A stretch of DNA of 47,601 bases from an uncultured Halobacteria archaeon (GCA_964400255.1 CAYNTR010000003.1:1-47601), one strand, 5' to 3'. Numbered from the stretch's first letter, positions 9,269 through 18,511 are shown. Numbers and translations are program-made. The notes: generated by a model not told the origin, from the letters alone.

Positions 9269-9283
9269 TTTTAAAAAGTGTTT
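9263..9283. promoter_or_regulatory. Perfect 10-1-10 palindrome overlapping the start codon of the RHH-like gene (candidate operator)
   Basis: AAACACTTTT-a-AAAAGTGTTT was read directly from the sequence. It lies in the divergent intergenic region between the small-gene pair and the HEPN-like gene. Confidence 0.5.
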
Positions 9284-9501
9284 TCAGGGGGAATTCTTTT
9301 TTTCTCTTTTTTTCTTTTAGCACAAGTTTTCTTTTTTCAAAAAGAAAAAGTGTGGCAGAAACCGCAGTGCAGGCTACCGCGTTGCTGGTTTAATAAGATG
9401 AAGTTGAAGGAGACGGATAAAATTAGAGAGAAAGCGAAAGAATTATATGAGCATAAGAGCTACAAGGTAATGGGAGGATAAAAAAAATATTTATAAGAGA
9501 A

Positions 9502-10968
9502 ATGGGAGTCTCAACTATAGAAAGAGGTATCTTTAAATATTATATTCCTCTAGATCTTCATCTAAAGGCCAATTTCTATGCTTTGCATTCGCACATTTTT
9601 ACCATAGACGAAATTCCTGAATTTTTCGGAGAAGAACAACTAAAAATGAATTTTGAGCATTCAAATAATCAACCACTGTATGGGCATCTTTTAATAGAAA
9701 CTGAATCTCAATTAGATAAGATTGATTCAGTTTTAGAAACAGCTCGATATAGTCGTCCTCGTGTTTTAATCATTCTGAGCGTGTTAAGCTTTTTAAGTGG
9801 GCGTGCTTTCACAATCTATGAAATAAAGGGTAGTCGTTCGCACAAATTAAATAAAAGTCAAACAGGAATCCCAAATAAAGTTGAAGTATCTGACTTCATT
9901 ATCGAAGGAAAGGATAAGTCTAAAGATCTATTAAGACTTTTATTGATTCTTAGTTCGAATGACGAGGATACTAGACGCTTGGCTGCCTCTTTATTAGATA
10001 GATGGCGTAAAGCTCTGTATCTTAAAGAACAAAGCGATGCACAATTATATTCTGATGAATCACTTCTCGCATACTTTCACATATTGGAACTTCTTTCAAA
10101 CTATTATCAGGAACAACTCATTGTAGAAAGTGAAAATAAATTAAATAATTTTCTTATTAATCTATTTAGTGACTCTTTTAAACTAAGGGGTAATCACCTA
10201 GAGCAAGAAAAGAATCAAAAGTTCAGGCAGCTTCGTAGCCTTCTTCTAGCTGATGGTCAACTTTCGGTATTTTCCAAAATTTGTTATTCACTTGATCAGC
10301 TTGGTATGCTTGATACAAAAACACAAACGCTGGTTTCCACGCTCGTAAAAGCAAGAAATGAAGTTACTCACGTCCGACAAGTTTATCAAGATAAGTTCAT
10401 ATGGCCATTACCGCCCTTTTTCCCTCTTGATAAAGATTCTGATGAACATGTCTGGGAGATAGAGTTGCTCTCGGCACGAGCTATTGCGTCACATATGGGA
10501 TTAGATGCCTGGAAAGAAGAATGGGAAGATTTGCACAGACAACTTCACCCACCTATTGAAATTATTCAATCATTTATAGAAAAAGAATGCTTTCAAAAAA
10601 TCTCCTCAAAGCAGTTTATCAAGGGCAATTATGAAGGAGTTCGGCCATCCTCGATCATTGATCTATATTTATCAAAAAAGTTGACATTGCATCAAACAGA
10701 GGTTACCTTAAGGTCTCTTCTTATTGACACACAAGTTAATAAAAATAATGCGCATGAATTGTTTATTGCAGCACTTTTATTTGCGGATAGTCCAGACGAA
10801 AAATTATCCGAAAAATGTAAATTAATTGTTATAAAAATTCACGAACATGAGTGGATATATTATTCAAATATAAAGGATATTTTAAGATATCTTGAATATC
10901 GGGGTTTTTCGCCGAAATGGTTACGAAGTTGGATAGAATCTAAGGATCATGTAAAGATAAGAAAATAG
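9502..10968 (+). CDS. Orphan 488-aa protein with a central HEPN-like domain (RNEVTH = Rx4H)
   Basis: LVKARNEVTHV (R285, H290; nt 10354-10371) sits in an all-helical stretch, preceded by DESLLAYFHILELLSNYY and followed by WEIELLSARAIASHMG. The gene is strongly AT-rich compared with its neighbours. Confidence 0.55.
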   Translation: MGVSTIERGIFKYYIPLDLHLKANFYALHSHIFTIDEIPEFFGEEQLKMNFEHSNNQPLYGHLLIETESQLDKIDSVLETARYSRPRVLIILSVLSFLSGRAFTIYEIKGSRSHKLNKSQTGIPNKVEVSDFIIEGKDKSKDLLRLLLILSSNDEDTRRLAASLLDRWRKALYLKEQSDAQLYSDESLLAYFHILELLSNYYQEQLIVESENKLNNFLINLFSDSFKLRGNHLEQEKNQKFRQLRSLLLADGQLSVFSKICYSLDQLGMLDTKTQTLVSTLVKARNEVTHVRQVYQDKFIWPLPPFFPLDKDSDEHVWEIELLSARAIASHMGLDAWKEEWEDLHRQLHPPIEIIQSFIEKECFQKISSKQFIKGNYEGVRPSSIIDLYLSKKLTLHQTEVTLRSLLIDTQVNKNNAHELFIAALLFADSPDEKLSEKCKLIVIKIHEHEWIYYSNIKDILRYLEYRGFSPKWLRSWIESKDHVKIRK

Positions 10969-11155
10969 TAACAAATTATGGTGGATTTAATTCTTATTAC
11001 TTAAAATATCGTTATTCTTGAAATTCATAGTAAGGAATGCCATAAATATTCGTGAATGACAAATTTAAAATTCCAGAGCAAAAATCCTATTTTTTAATCT
11101 CAATCGCAAACAAAATTCCGAAACTTTAAAATGTCTTAACAGCCTTCCATAAATT

Positions 11156-12985
11156 ATGGAACCCACGAGCATGCCACTCCGATGGGACATGGCGATACGA
11201 TGGCACGAATGCTGGGATGCCGCACCGGAGATATATGTGCTCCTAAAGGAGAGTGAAACATTGGAAAGTGCCCGTGAAAAGGTTATAAGCTACCTTAACG
11301 CGTTAGATTGGACCTACCGCCGTGATATTGACAAGATTAACTCGTGGGATTATATCTTACTGGAAGAAGCGCTTAGCTGTTTGAAAAATATTATTTCACC
11401 GCGTAATGAGCGTTTAGCCGAGACGTCAGCATTGGAACATCTCTGGACCGCTGCGGTATCCGGCGATGCAGACGTGGCCGACGATTTCATTGATGAGTTT
11501 GTGCACTTGTTTAAAGCGATAAAGGGGCAATCAGATGTCTACCCTTCACGGTTAATGGAAGGCGTGGAACTGCCCGATTTCGATAAGTATAAAGGCCGAG
11601 AAGCGTCGTTATTGCGCTCTGATTACCTTGATCAGATGGGGCAACGAGTGGCTGAGTATCTTGTGCGCTATCCAAGTGGTCTCGACCCTGAGATTGTTTA
11701 TAGACGGAAGGATCACAAGCTCCGGATATTAACGGAACTCGATGCTACGGAAGACGATTGGGACGACTGGCGGTGGCACTTCCGTAACGTGTTCAGGGAT
11801 AAAAAGGGTTTTGAGACAATTAAAAAGATTATCAGGTTAAAACCAATCCAGGAGACGGCAATCGAACTCGCGTTGGAGAATAACGTTCCGTTTGGTGTCA
11901 CCCCACACTACTTGCATCTCATGGATCCCGAGCCGACGGATTATGATTACGCCGTACGGAGGCAAGTGTTTCCGCCGTTGAGTTATGTTGAGAACATGAT
12001 AGCGCATAAAGAGGATAAAGAGTTTGCATTTGACTTTATGCGTGAGCATGATACCTCACCGATAGAGCTTGTTACCCGCCGCTATCCAACCGTTGCAATC
12101 GTCAAGCCGTACGATTCGTGTCCGCAAATCTGCGTGTACTGTCAACGGAACTGGGAAATCACCTCTCCGCTTATGGATTACGCCTTAGCGCCCAAAGAGC
12201 GCATTGATAACGCAATACAGTGGTTCGCGGAGCACGAGAGTATGATGGACGTCTTGATCACCGGTGGCGACTCACTGGCAATGACCGATACCTTAATTGA
12301 GTATATCGTGAAGCGATTGTCTGAAATCCCGCATTTGCACAGCATCCGAATCGCGACGCGCATACCCATTACGGTGCCGCAGCGGGTTACAGAGGAGCTC
12401 TGCGAGATCTTTGCAAGTTATTATGAGGTGGGCAAGCAAACGCTCTGCATGGTCACGCATTTCGAGCATCCGTATGAAGTTACTCCCGAGACTGCCAGAG
12501 CGATCAGGTGCATTAAGATGCACGGCATGCACGTGTATAACCAGCAGGTGTTTACCTTTGCGAACAGTAGACGATTCGAAACCGCGGCATTACGAATTGC
12601 GATTAAGCAGATTGGGGTCGATCCGTATTACACCTTTAACATGAAGGGCAAATCAGAGATTGAAGATTACGCAGTACCCCTAGCGCGCATTTTGCAAGAG
12701 CGGAAAGAGGAAGCGCGCTTGCTGCCCGGGATTTTCCGCACTGACGAACCCGTCTTTAATGTGCCCTTCCTCGGTAAAAATCATCTCCGAGCCTGGCAGG
12801 ACCATGACCTTATCGCCATTCAGCCTGATGGAAGAAGAATGTATGCATTTCATCCGTGGGAAAAGAACATCGCGAGAGTAAAACCGTATCTGTACACGGA
12901 TGTGACGATCCGGAGCTACCTGGAGAAATTAAAGGACCGGGGCGAAGACCCTGACGATTACCGGAGCATCTGGTATTATTACTAA
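11156..12985 (+). CDS. KamA-family (lysine 2,3-aminomutase-like) radical SAM protein with a ~190-aa N-terminal extension
   Basis: It has the CPQICVYCQR CxxxCxxC cluster motif. The Trp-rich KamA N-terminal motif (DDWDDWRWHFRN...TPHYLHLM) begins only around aa 195. The total length is 609 aa. Confidence 0.8.
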   Translation: MEPTSMPLRWDMAIRWHECWDAAPEIYVLLKESETLESAREKVISYLNALDWTYRRDIDKINSWDYILLEEALSCLKNIISPRNERLAETSALEHLWTAAVSGDADVADDFIDEFVHLFKAIKGQSDVYPSRLMEGVELPDFDKYKGREASLLRSDYLDQMGQRVAEYLVRYPSGLDPEIVYRRKDHKLRILTELDATEDDWDDWRWHFRNVFRDKKGFETIKKIIRLKPIQETAIELALENNVPFGVTPHYLHLMDPEPTDYDYAVRRQVFPPLSYVENMIAHKEDKEFAFDFMREHDTSPIELVTRRYPTVAIVKPYDSCPQICVYCQRNWEITSPLMDYALAPKERIDNAIQWFAEHESMMDVLITGGDSLAMTDTLIEYIVKRLSEIPHLHSIRIATRIPITVPQRVTEELCEIFASYYEVGKQTLCMVTHFEHPYEVTPETARAIRCIKMHGMHVYNQQVFTFANSRRFETAALRIAIKQIGVDPYYTFNMKGKSEIEDYAVPLARILQERKEEARLLPGIFRTDEPVFNVPFLGKNHLRAWQDHDLIAIQPDGRRMYAFHPWEKNIARVKPYLYTDVTIRSYLEKLKDRGEDPDDYRSIWYYY

Positions 12986-13044
12986 CCCATTTTCGAGTGC
13001 TAGCTCAAAAAATCGCTCGAAGCGTGGTTTTCTAAATATTTATA

Positions 13045-14034
13045 ATGACCGTTGCACCTATTACAAGCATGGAACTTAAAGAGCTGAGAGCTGAGGATTT
13101 GCATCCCGAGCAATTTATAGAGGAGAAAGTAGCGGAGATCAAGTCAATTGTCGGCACTGGCACGGCGATCAATGCGTTATCAGGTGGTGTCGACTCGTCG
13201 ACGGTCACACTGCTGGGGCACAGAGCGTTAGGTGCCCGCTTAAAGACCTATTTCATTGATAACGGCATAATGAGGCAGGATGAGCCGCAACGAATTGTCT
13301 CAATCTTTAAGAAGTTGGGCATACCCGTGGCGATAGTTGATGCTCAAAAGGAGTTCTTCGATGCTCTCAACGGTCTTACCGATCCCGAAGAGAAACGAGA
13401 GGCGATTACGCAAACCTTTTACAAGCAGGTCTTCGGCAAGCTGGTAAAAGAGAGCGGAGCAAACTATCTCCTCCAGGGCACCAATTACACCGACGTCGAG
13501 GAGACGGTTGCAGGGGTTAAACGACAGCATAACATCCTCGAACAGTTGGGAATCGATACGCAGGCTGCATTTGGTTATACCGTTATAGAACCGTTAATTC
13601 AACTCAGAAAGCCCGCAATACGCGCGGTTGGACAGGCGCTCGGGTTACCCGAAGAGCTCTACAGCAGACCACCCTTCCCGGGCCCTGCATTAGCCGCACG
13701 AGTATTAGGAGAAGTCACGCCAGAACGCGTAGAACTGGTACGAAAAGCAACAAAAATTGTCGAAGGCGAATTACAGAGCACCGGAGCATTCCAGTATTTA
13801 GCCCTCTTGCACGAGGACAAAGTCACGGGGATGAGAGCAGGGAAGCGGGACTACGGCATGCAAATCGAAGTACGGTGCTGGGAGAGCAGCGATGCGAAAA
13901 CAGGATCACCAACAAGACTTCCATACGAGACCTTAGAGCGATTGGCTGAACGAATAACGACTGAAGTGCCTGGCGTTGTCAGCGTAACCTATAACATAAC
14001 CAAAAAGCCACCATCAACGATCGAAGCAGTCTAA
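13045..14034 (+). CDS. GMP synthase subunit B-like ATP pyrophosphatase (divergent GuaA C-terminal-type protein)
   Basis: It has the SGGVDSS PP-loop, TDPEEKR and PFPGPALAARVLGEVT motifs. Regions that are normally very conserved (HHNVGGLP, the C-terminal IEWE) are altered to QHNILEQLG and IEAV. The start could be 13045 or the ATG at 13069. Confidence 0.7.
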   Translation: MTVAPITSMELKELRAEDLHPEQFIEEKVAEIKSIVGTGTAINALSGGVDSSTVTLLGHRALGARLKTYFIDNGIMRQDEPQRIVSIFKKLGIPVAIVDAQKEFFDALNGLTDPEEKREAITQTFYKQVFGKLVKESGANYLLQGTNYTDVEETVAGVKRQHNILEQLGIDTQAAFGYTVIEPLIQLRKPAIRAVGQALGLPEELYSRPPFPGPALAARVLGEVTPERVELVRKATKIVEGELQSTGAFQYLALLHEDKVTGMRAGKRDYGMQIEVRCWESSDAKTGSPTRLPYETLERLAERITTEVPGVVSVTYNITKKPPSTIEAV

Positions 14035-14097
14035 GTTCAAAGCCATATATGCGGTATCAAAAATACTAAACGGGCAGGCAGGTAATTTTTCAATAGC

Positions 14098-14119
14098 ACT
14101 TTTTTCTAAAAAGTTTTTT
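14098..14119 (+). terminator. Hairpin plus T-run between the convergent guaA-like and rps8 genes
   Basis: ACTTTTT-TCT-AAAAAGT is followed by TTTTT, read directly. Archaeal termination is known to use oligo-T tracts. Confidence 0.4.
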
Positions 14120-14510
14120 AATAGACAAAAGCCAGTAATTGACCGCCTATACCACTCTCAGCCGCTTTTGCATGCGACATTACACCTTTTGAAGTCGTCA
14201 CGATAAGCATCCCAAAATCCTGCGCAGGGAGTAATCTCTTCTCCCATTCCTCATATCCCTTTACACGGACGTAAAACCGCGGTTTTATCGCATTGCAATC
14301 GTTTATTTTACCGCAGAGCTTCACCTTGAAGAACCCTGCTTTTCCGTCTTCAACAAATTCAAATTCATCGATATACCCACCTTCTTTCATCACACTCAGA
14401 ACGTTCCCGATCAACTTTGAAGCTGGTTTTATCGTACAGTCCATCTTCCCCACTCTTTCGGTATTCTTCATATGCGACAGAGCATCTGCCAGCGGATCAT
14501 TGAGTGACAT
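14118..14510 (-). CDS. rps8: 30S ribosomal protein S8 (uS8)
   Basis: [18 protein letters not shown]... ending ...[11 protein letters not shown] is a typical archaeal S8. The length is 130 aa. Confidence 0.9.
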   Translation of the reverse strand: MSLNDPLADALSHMKNTERVGKMDCTIKPASKLIGNVLSVMKEGGYIDEFEFVEDGKAGFFKVKLCGKINDCNAIKPRFYVRVKGYEEWEKRLLPAQDFGMLIVTTSKGVMSHAKAAESGIGGQLLAFVY

Positions 14511-14597
14511 TTTTTCTTCCTAGTCTTTATTCCATCTTGGTGTTTAAAAAGATATGAATGAGCCTAACTTCTCTTTTTAGTCTCGTTATTCGAAGCG

Positions 14598-14753
14598 TTA
14601 GTTATACTTCCTGAATCCTATCTCTCTTGCTATCTCCCTGAAGCACTGCCTGCAGAGATAAATCCCGTACCGACGAACTAAACCTCGCCTTCTGCTACAC
14701 CGCCTGCACATGTTCGCACCTCTCCCAAATCTCTTAACCCTCTCTTTTGCCAT
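14598..14753 (-). CDS. rps14: 30S ribosomal protein S14 (uS14), zinc-binding type
   Basis: This gene is not in the ORF track because it is shorter than 60 aa. Hand translation gives [51 protein letters not shown] (51 aa) with CxxC...CxxC. It lies directly upstream of rps8. Confidence 0.85.
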   Translation of the reverse strand: MAKERVKRFGRGANMCRRCSRRRGLVRRYGIYLCRQCFREIAREIGFRKYN

Positions 14754-15164
14754 CTTACCTCACTTCACTCTACCCCTCTTCCTATTACAATAACAGTTCC
14801 GAATGCCAGAGAATACTTCATCTCCCCTCGTTCTTCTATTTTTCCGTGCATGTCTTCGCCCATTCTCAGGTTCGCCTCGCTATTTCCTCCGACTTGTTTA
14901 ATATCCTATACCACGGTCGAAATTAAATCCTTCTCTATTCTTGTTTACCCTGCTGATAAAAAAGATTTTTAGATAGCGCTGGATGTTCGTACGCGTGCTG
15001 TGCTCTAAACCAATGACGACCAACAAACTCACACGGTCTTAAATGAAGCGCTACAGGCTCACGAGTCGCATTACCTTTAACTCTACAAAAATAGTACCAA
15101 ATATCAGAGCAACCCGTTTTTAACGCTCATCACAGTTACCATGACCCTAGAAGGTAAATCGAAA

Positions 15165-15926
15165 ATGAAAATCGCAGTTGCTGGGAAAGGCGGTGTAGGG
15201 AAAACCACCATTGCCGGCACGCTTGCTCGACTCTTCGCACAGGATGGCCAGAGCGTCGTTGCCGTTGACGCGGATCCCGCAATGAACTTGAAATTTGCGT
15301 TGGGCATAGCCCAGAACCCCCCACCCATATCCGAACTCAAGGACCTGATTTTTGAACGCACTTGTGCTTACAACGGGACGGGCATCTACAAATTAAACCC
15401 CAAAGTGGACGATATACTTACGAACTACGGGGCAAAAGGACCAGATGGCGTAACACTACTGGTAATGGGCACGATTGAGAAAGGAGGGACTGGTTGCATC
15501 TGTCCAGAAACCGCATTTCTTCGCGCACTGTTGCGACACGTGTTATTCAAGGAAAGCACCGTTATCATGGATATGGAAGCGGGGATAGAGCATTTGGGAA
15601 GAGGTACCGCGCGAGGCGTTGATCTGATGCTCACTGTAGTAGAGCCGGGTATGAGATCTGTGGAGACCGTGGGCAGAATAAAGAAGCTCGGGGAGGATAT
15701 CGGAATCACTACCATACGAGCGGTGATGAATAAGGTTACGGATTTAGAGGTAGTCAAAACTATAGCGACAAAATTACAGGCGATGGATATACCGCTACTG
15801 GAGATTATTCCGTATGATCGAGCGTTGATCCAGGCGGATATCGAGGGTAAAGCTCCTTTGGACGTAGGAGGAGAAGCGGTAGAACGTATAAAAACCCTAA
15901 AAGAAAAAATCTTGTTACAGCCCTAA
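15165..15926 (+). CDS. cooC: CooC-type nickel-insertion/maturation ATPase (MinD/ParA superfamily)
   Basis: It has the P-loop MKIAVAGKGGVGKTT and the CooC CxC motif (GTGCICPE). The ORF track begins at 15141, but the ATG at 15165 gives the canonical N-terminus. Confidence 0.8.
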   Translation: MKIAVAGKGGVGKTTIAGTLARLFAQDGQSVVAVDADPAMNLKFALGIAQNPPPISELKDLIFERTCAYNGTGIYKLNPKVDDILTNYGAKGPDGVTLLVMGTIEKGGTGCICPETAFLRALLRHVLFKESTVIMDMEAGIEHLGRGTARGVDLMLTVVEPGMRSVETVGRIKKLGEDIGITTIRAVMNKVTDLEVVKTIATKLQAMDIPLLEIIPYDRALIQADIEGKAPLDVGGEAVERIKTLKEKILLQP

Positions 15927-16609
15927 GCCTCTTCATCAGATCCCTTCTGATTTGAGGGTTGCTGAGGTGTCGCCTTCTTTGAAACCGCAACTTTTGAGGT
16001 TCGTAATACTTTGGTGCCCAGCATATAGCCTTTTTCAAGTTCCTCGACAACCGTATCTTCCGGAAGATCATCATCAATAACGGTCATGGTAACTTCATGT
16101 TTATACGGATCGAACTTCTCGCAAGCTGCTTTGATCGGTTTTAACCCTTCCTGGCCAAGCGCCTCGAGTAAATCCAAATAAATTAACTCAAGTCCTTTAA
16201 GAAACGATTGATCATCAGACTTCTCAACAGACGTAAAAGCAGCCTCAAGAGCATCGATAATTGGTAATAAACGCTTTATTAACTGTTCGGTTGCGCACTT
16301 CTCGTACTGTTCTCGCTCACGAGCAGCCATCTTTTTATAGTTCTCGAAGTCCGCTTGGAGGTATTTGAGTCGCGATAAATACCCATCCGCTAACGCAGTC
16401 TTTTCTTCTAATTCCTTCTTCAAGCGCGCTAATTCCCTGCTTGATACCTCGAGCTCTGCCTCCTCGCGTTCTTTTGCTTCTTCTTCTTTTGGCTCCTCTT
16501 CCTCTTCCCGACCTTTTTTCGGCAAATTCACTCCCCAGATCTCTCTCGTTTTTTGTATGCGCCTGGTCGTTAAAAAAATTTTCGCATTCCTCGCCGGTTC
16601 TGCGTCCAT
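15923..16609 (-). CDS. grpE: Nucleotide exchange factor GrpE
   Basis: A Glu/Lys-rich N-terminus is followed by YLSRLKYLQADFENYKKMAARERE and a beta-rich C-terminal domain (G...VLRTSKV). No dnaK or dnaJ is adjacent in this window. Confidence 0.85.
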   Translation of the reverse strand: MDAEPARNAKIFLTTRRIQKTREIWGVNLPKKGREEEEEPKEEEAKEREEAELEVSSRELARLKKELEEKTALADGYLSRLKYLQADFENYKKMAAREREQYEKCATEQLIKRLLPIIDALEAAFTSVEKSDDQSFLKGLELIYLDLLEALGQEGLKPIKAACEKFDPYKHEVTMTVIDDDLPEDTVVEELEKGYMLGTKVLRTSKVAVSKKATPQQPSNQKGSDEEA

Positions 16610-16702
16610 CTTTCACCATCAACGTGGCAGTGCGAAAAATATCTCACGAATAGAACCTTCAGCAAAGATGACTTATATACGCCCGGAGTATTAAATAATG
16701 AG

Positions 16703-17875
16703 GTGAAAAATATGGGGGCGTATGCAGTCCAGTTGCCAAAGCGAGTTGTTTTTGGCGATGGAGTAGATGAGAAAATCGGTGCAGAAGCGAAAGCATTGGG
16801 TGCGACGAAGGCGCTCGTTGTTACCGATGAAACGATGGTGAGAGCAGGCCTAATCGAGAAGGTAACGGGACCTTTGAACGAGACAATTGAAGTTGATATT
16901 TTCGATGAGGTTGAGTCAGAGCCAACTTTAGAAGCTGCACAAAAAGTTGCAATGGCTGCACGAGCGACGAAATATAATTTGGTTGTTGGTGTTGGTGGAG
17001 GAAGTGTGCTGGATATGGCGAAGGTTGCCTCCGCGGCGGCCACAAACACCTGGGAGACGGTAAGCGAATTTTTGGGCGCAAACAAGATTGTAAATCCGAG
17101 CGCACCGAAAATTTTAATCCCGACAACCGCTGGAACGGGTGCGGAAGCTACTCCCTACGCACTCATCATTGTTGAAGGCAAGAAAAAGGCTATTGCCAGC
17201 CCTTATAATCTCGCCGACGTTATTTTGATTCCCCCTTCGTTCACGGCCACCATGCCGCCCGAAATAACCGCTTCGACGGGCATGGATGCCCTCAGTCACG
17301 CAGTAGAAGCATTTCTCTCTCTCGGTGCAAACCCGCTGACCGATTCGTTAGCATTAGAGACGATAAGGAAAATTGCAGATAATTTAGAGGAGGCTTTTGC
17401 ACATGGTGATAATCTCGATGCTCGTTTGAAGATGTCATTAGCAGCGATGCTGGGTGGTATGGCATTTGGAAATGCTGGCGTTATCGCGGGTCACGCCGCA
17501 GCGCATACGTTTGGAGCACGGTACACCATTTCACACGCGAAAGCTTCTGCTCTGGCTTTGCCATACATCATGGAGTACAATGCACAGGAACCAGTCGTTA
17601 AGGAACGATTAGTGAAGGTGGCACGCGAGATGGGCGAGGATATATCTGGATTGACAGAGGACGAAGCAGCTTCAAAAGCTGTTGCACATGTGAAGAACAT
17701 GCTCGCAGCGTTAAAGCTGCCCACACGGCTTGCTGATCTGGATGTGCCTGAGGAGGACCTGCCCAATCTGGCTGAAGCTCTGATGAAGGAAAAGGGGTAC
17801 TTAGCCCGTAATCCCCGCGAACTTGAGCAGAAGGACGCAGAAGAACTACTTCAAAGAATGTGGAACGGCATATAA
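16703..17875 (+). CDS. Iron-containing (group III) alcohol dehydrogenase
   Basis: 390 aa with GVGGGSVLDMAK, PTTAGTGAE and His-rich metal motifs (DALSHAVEA, GHAAAHTFG). The substrate cannot be told from the sequence. Confidence 0.8.
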   Translation: MKNMGAYAVQLPKRVVFGDGVDEKIGAEAKALGATKALVVTDETMVRAGLIEKVTGPLNETIEVDIFDEVESEPTLEAAQKVAMAARATKYNLVVGVGGGSVLDMAKVASAAATNTWETVSEFLGANKIVNPSAPKILIPTTAGTGAEATPYALIIVEGKKKAIASPYNLADVILIPPSFTATMPPEITASTGMDALSHAVEAFLSLGANPLTDSLALETIRKIADNLEEAFAHGDNLDARLKMSLAAMLGGMAFGNAGVIAGHAAAHTFGARYTISHAKASALALPYIMEYNAQEPVVKERLVKVAREMGEDISGLTEDEAASKAVAHVKNMLAALKLPTRLADLDVPEEDLPNLAEALMKEKGYLARNPRELEQKDAEELLQRMWNGI

Positions 17876-18217
17876 CACGCATAGAGAATACTTATCGTCA
17901 CTAATTATTCGCCAAGGGACGGCTTCAAGGAACGGTTTTCGCGTCGCGATGCACGAGGAGCTTGAGCGAGACAATAGACTAAAGTTAATGGAGTATAAAA
18001 TCCGTCACGTCAACCGTTTCTTTTTTACAAAATACGCCTCTTTATCCACTTCTCTCCCGTACTGTGCTTCCTTTTATAATCAAGTCTCTCTGAACAGGCA
18101 AAGTAGGCACCACTCAGAAATGATTTGAACCATCCCAGAAATGCGCAGACAAGCGAGCATAGCAGTCTCGAATGAATAATACTTATATAGCGAAGGTAAT
18201 TAAGTAGAAGTGGACAG

Positions 18218-18511
18218 ATGGCGACCGAGACGAAAGAGAAGGATAAAAAAAGAGAGGAATACGAGGAAGGTTTAAAAAAGACGATCATACCTTGCCTATT
18301 TGGCGTTCTCGCTGGTATTATATCCTTCTACGTGGTCAAGGATCCGTTATCAGAAGATGGCTTGCTTATCGCGATCCTCCTCGTCCTGGTGCAGAAATTC
18401 GTATACCCTTTCGTGCATACCAGCATAGAAGGGGCAAAAGATTGGATTTACATCTCTTTTATGACCCTCTTCTGCTGGTTTATGACGTTCACCATGCTCT
18501 TAAATATCTAG
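18218..18511 (+). CDS. Small membrane protein (97 aa, ~3 hydrophobic helices)
   Basis: A charged N-terminus is followed by hydrophobic segments. The 3' end overlaps the convergent ruvC by 12 nt. Confidence 0.45.
   Translation: MATETKEKDKKREEYEEGLKKTIIPCLFGVLAGIISFYVVKDPLSEDGLLIAILLVLVQKFVYPFVHTSIEGAKDWIYISFMTLFCWFMTFTMLLNI

Noticed and set aside
9278-9481. 67-aa ORF upstream of the HEPN-like gene
   Set aside because: The first two thirds translate a poly-T/hairpin region (FFSFFLLAQVFFF). Only a 27-codon tail from ATG 9398 looks protein-like, which is too short to support without expression data.
14821-14862. A 32-codon minus-strand ORF (MGEDMHGKIEERGEMKYSLAFGTVIVIGRGVE) upstream of rps14, considered as an rpl5 remnant or leader peptide
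   Set aside because: It shows no resemblance to L5, it is very short, and I see no convincing ribosome-binding context. It is left as part of the unexplained leader.
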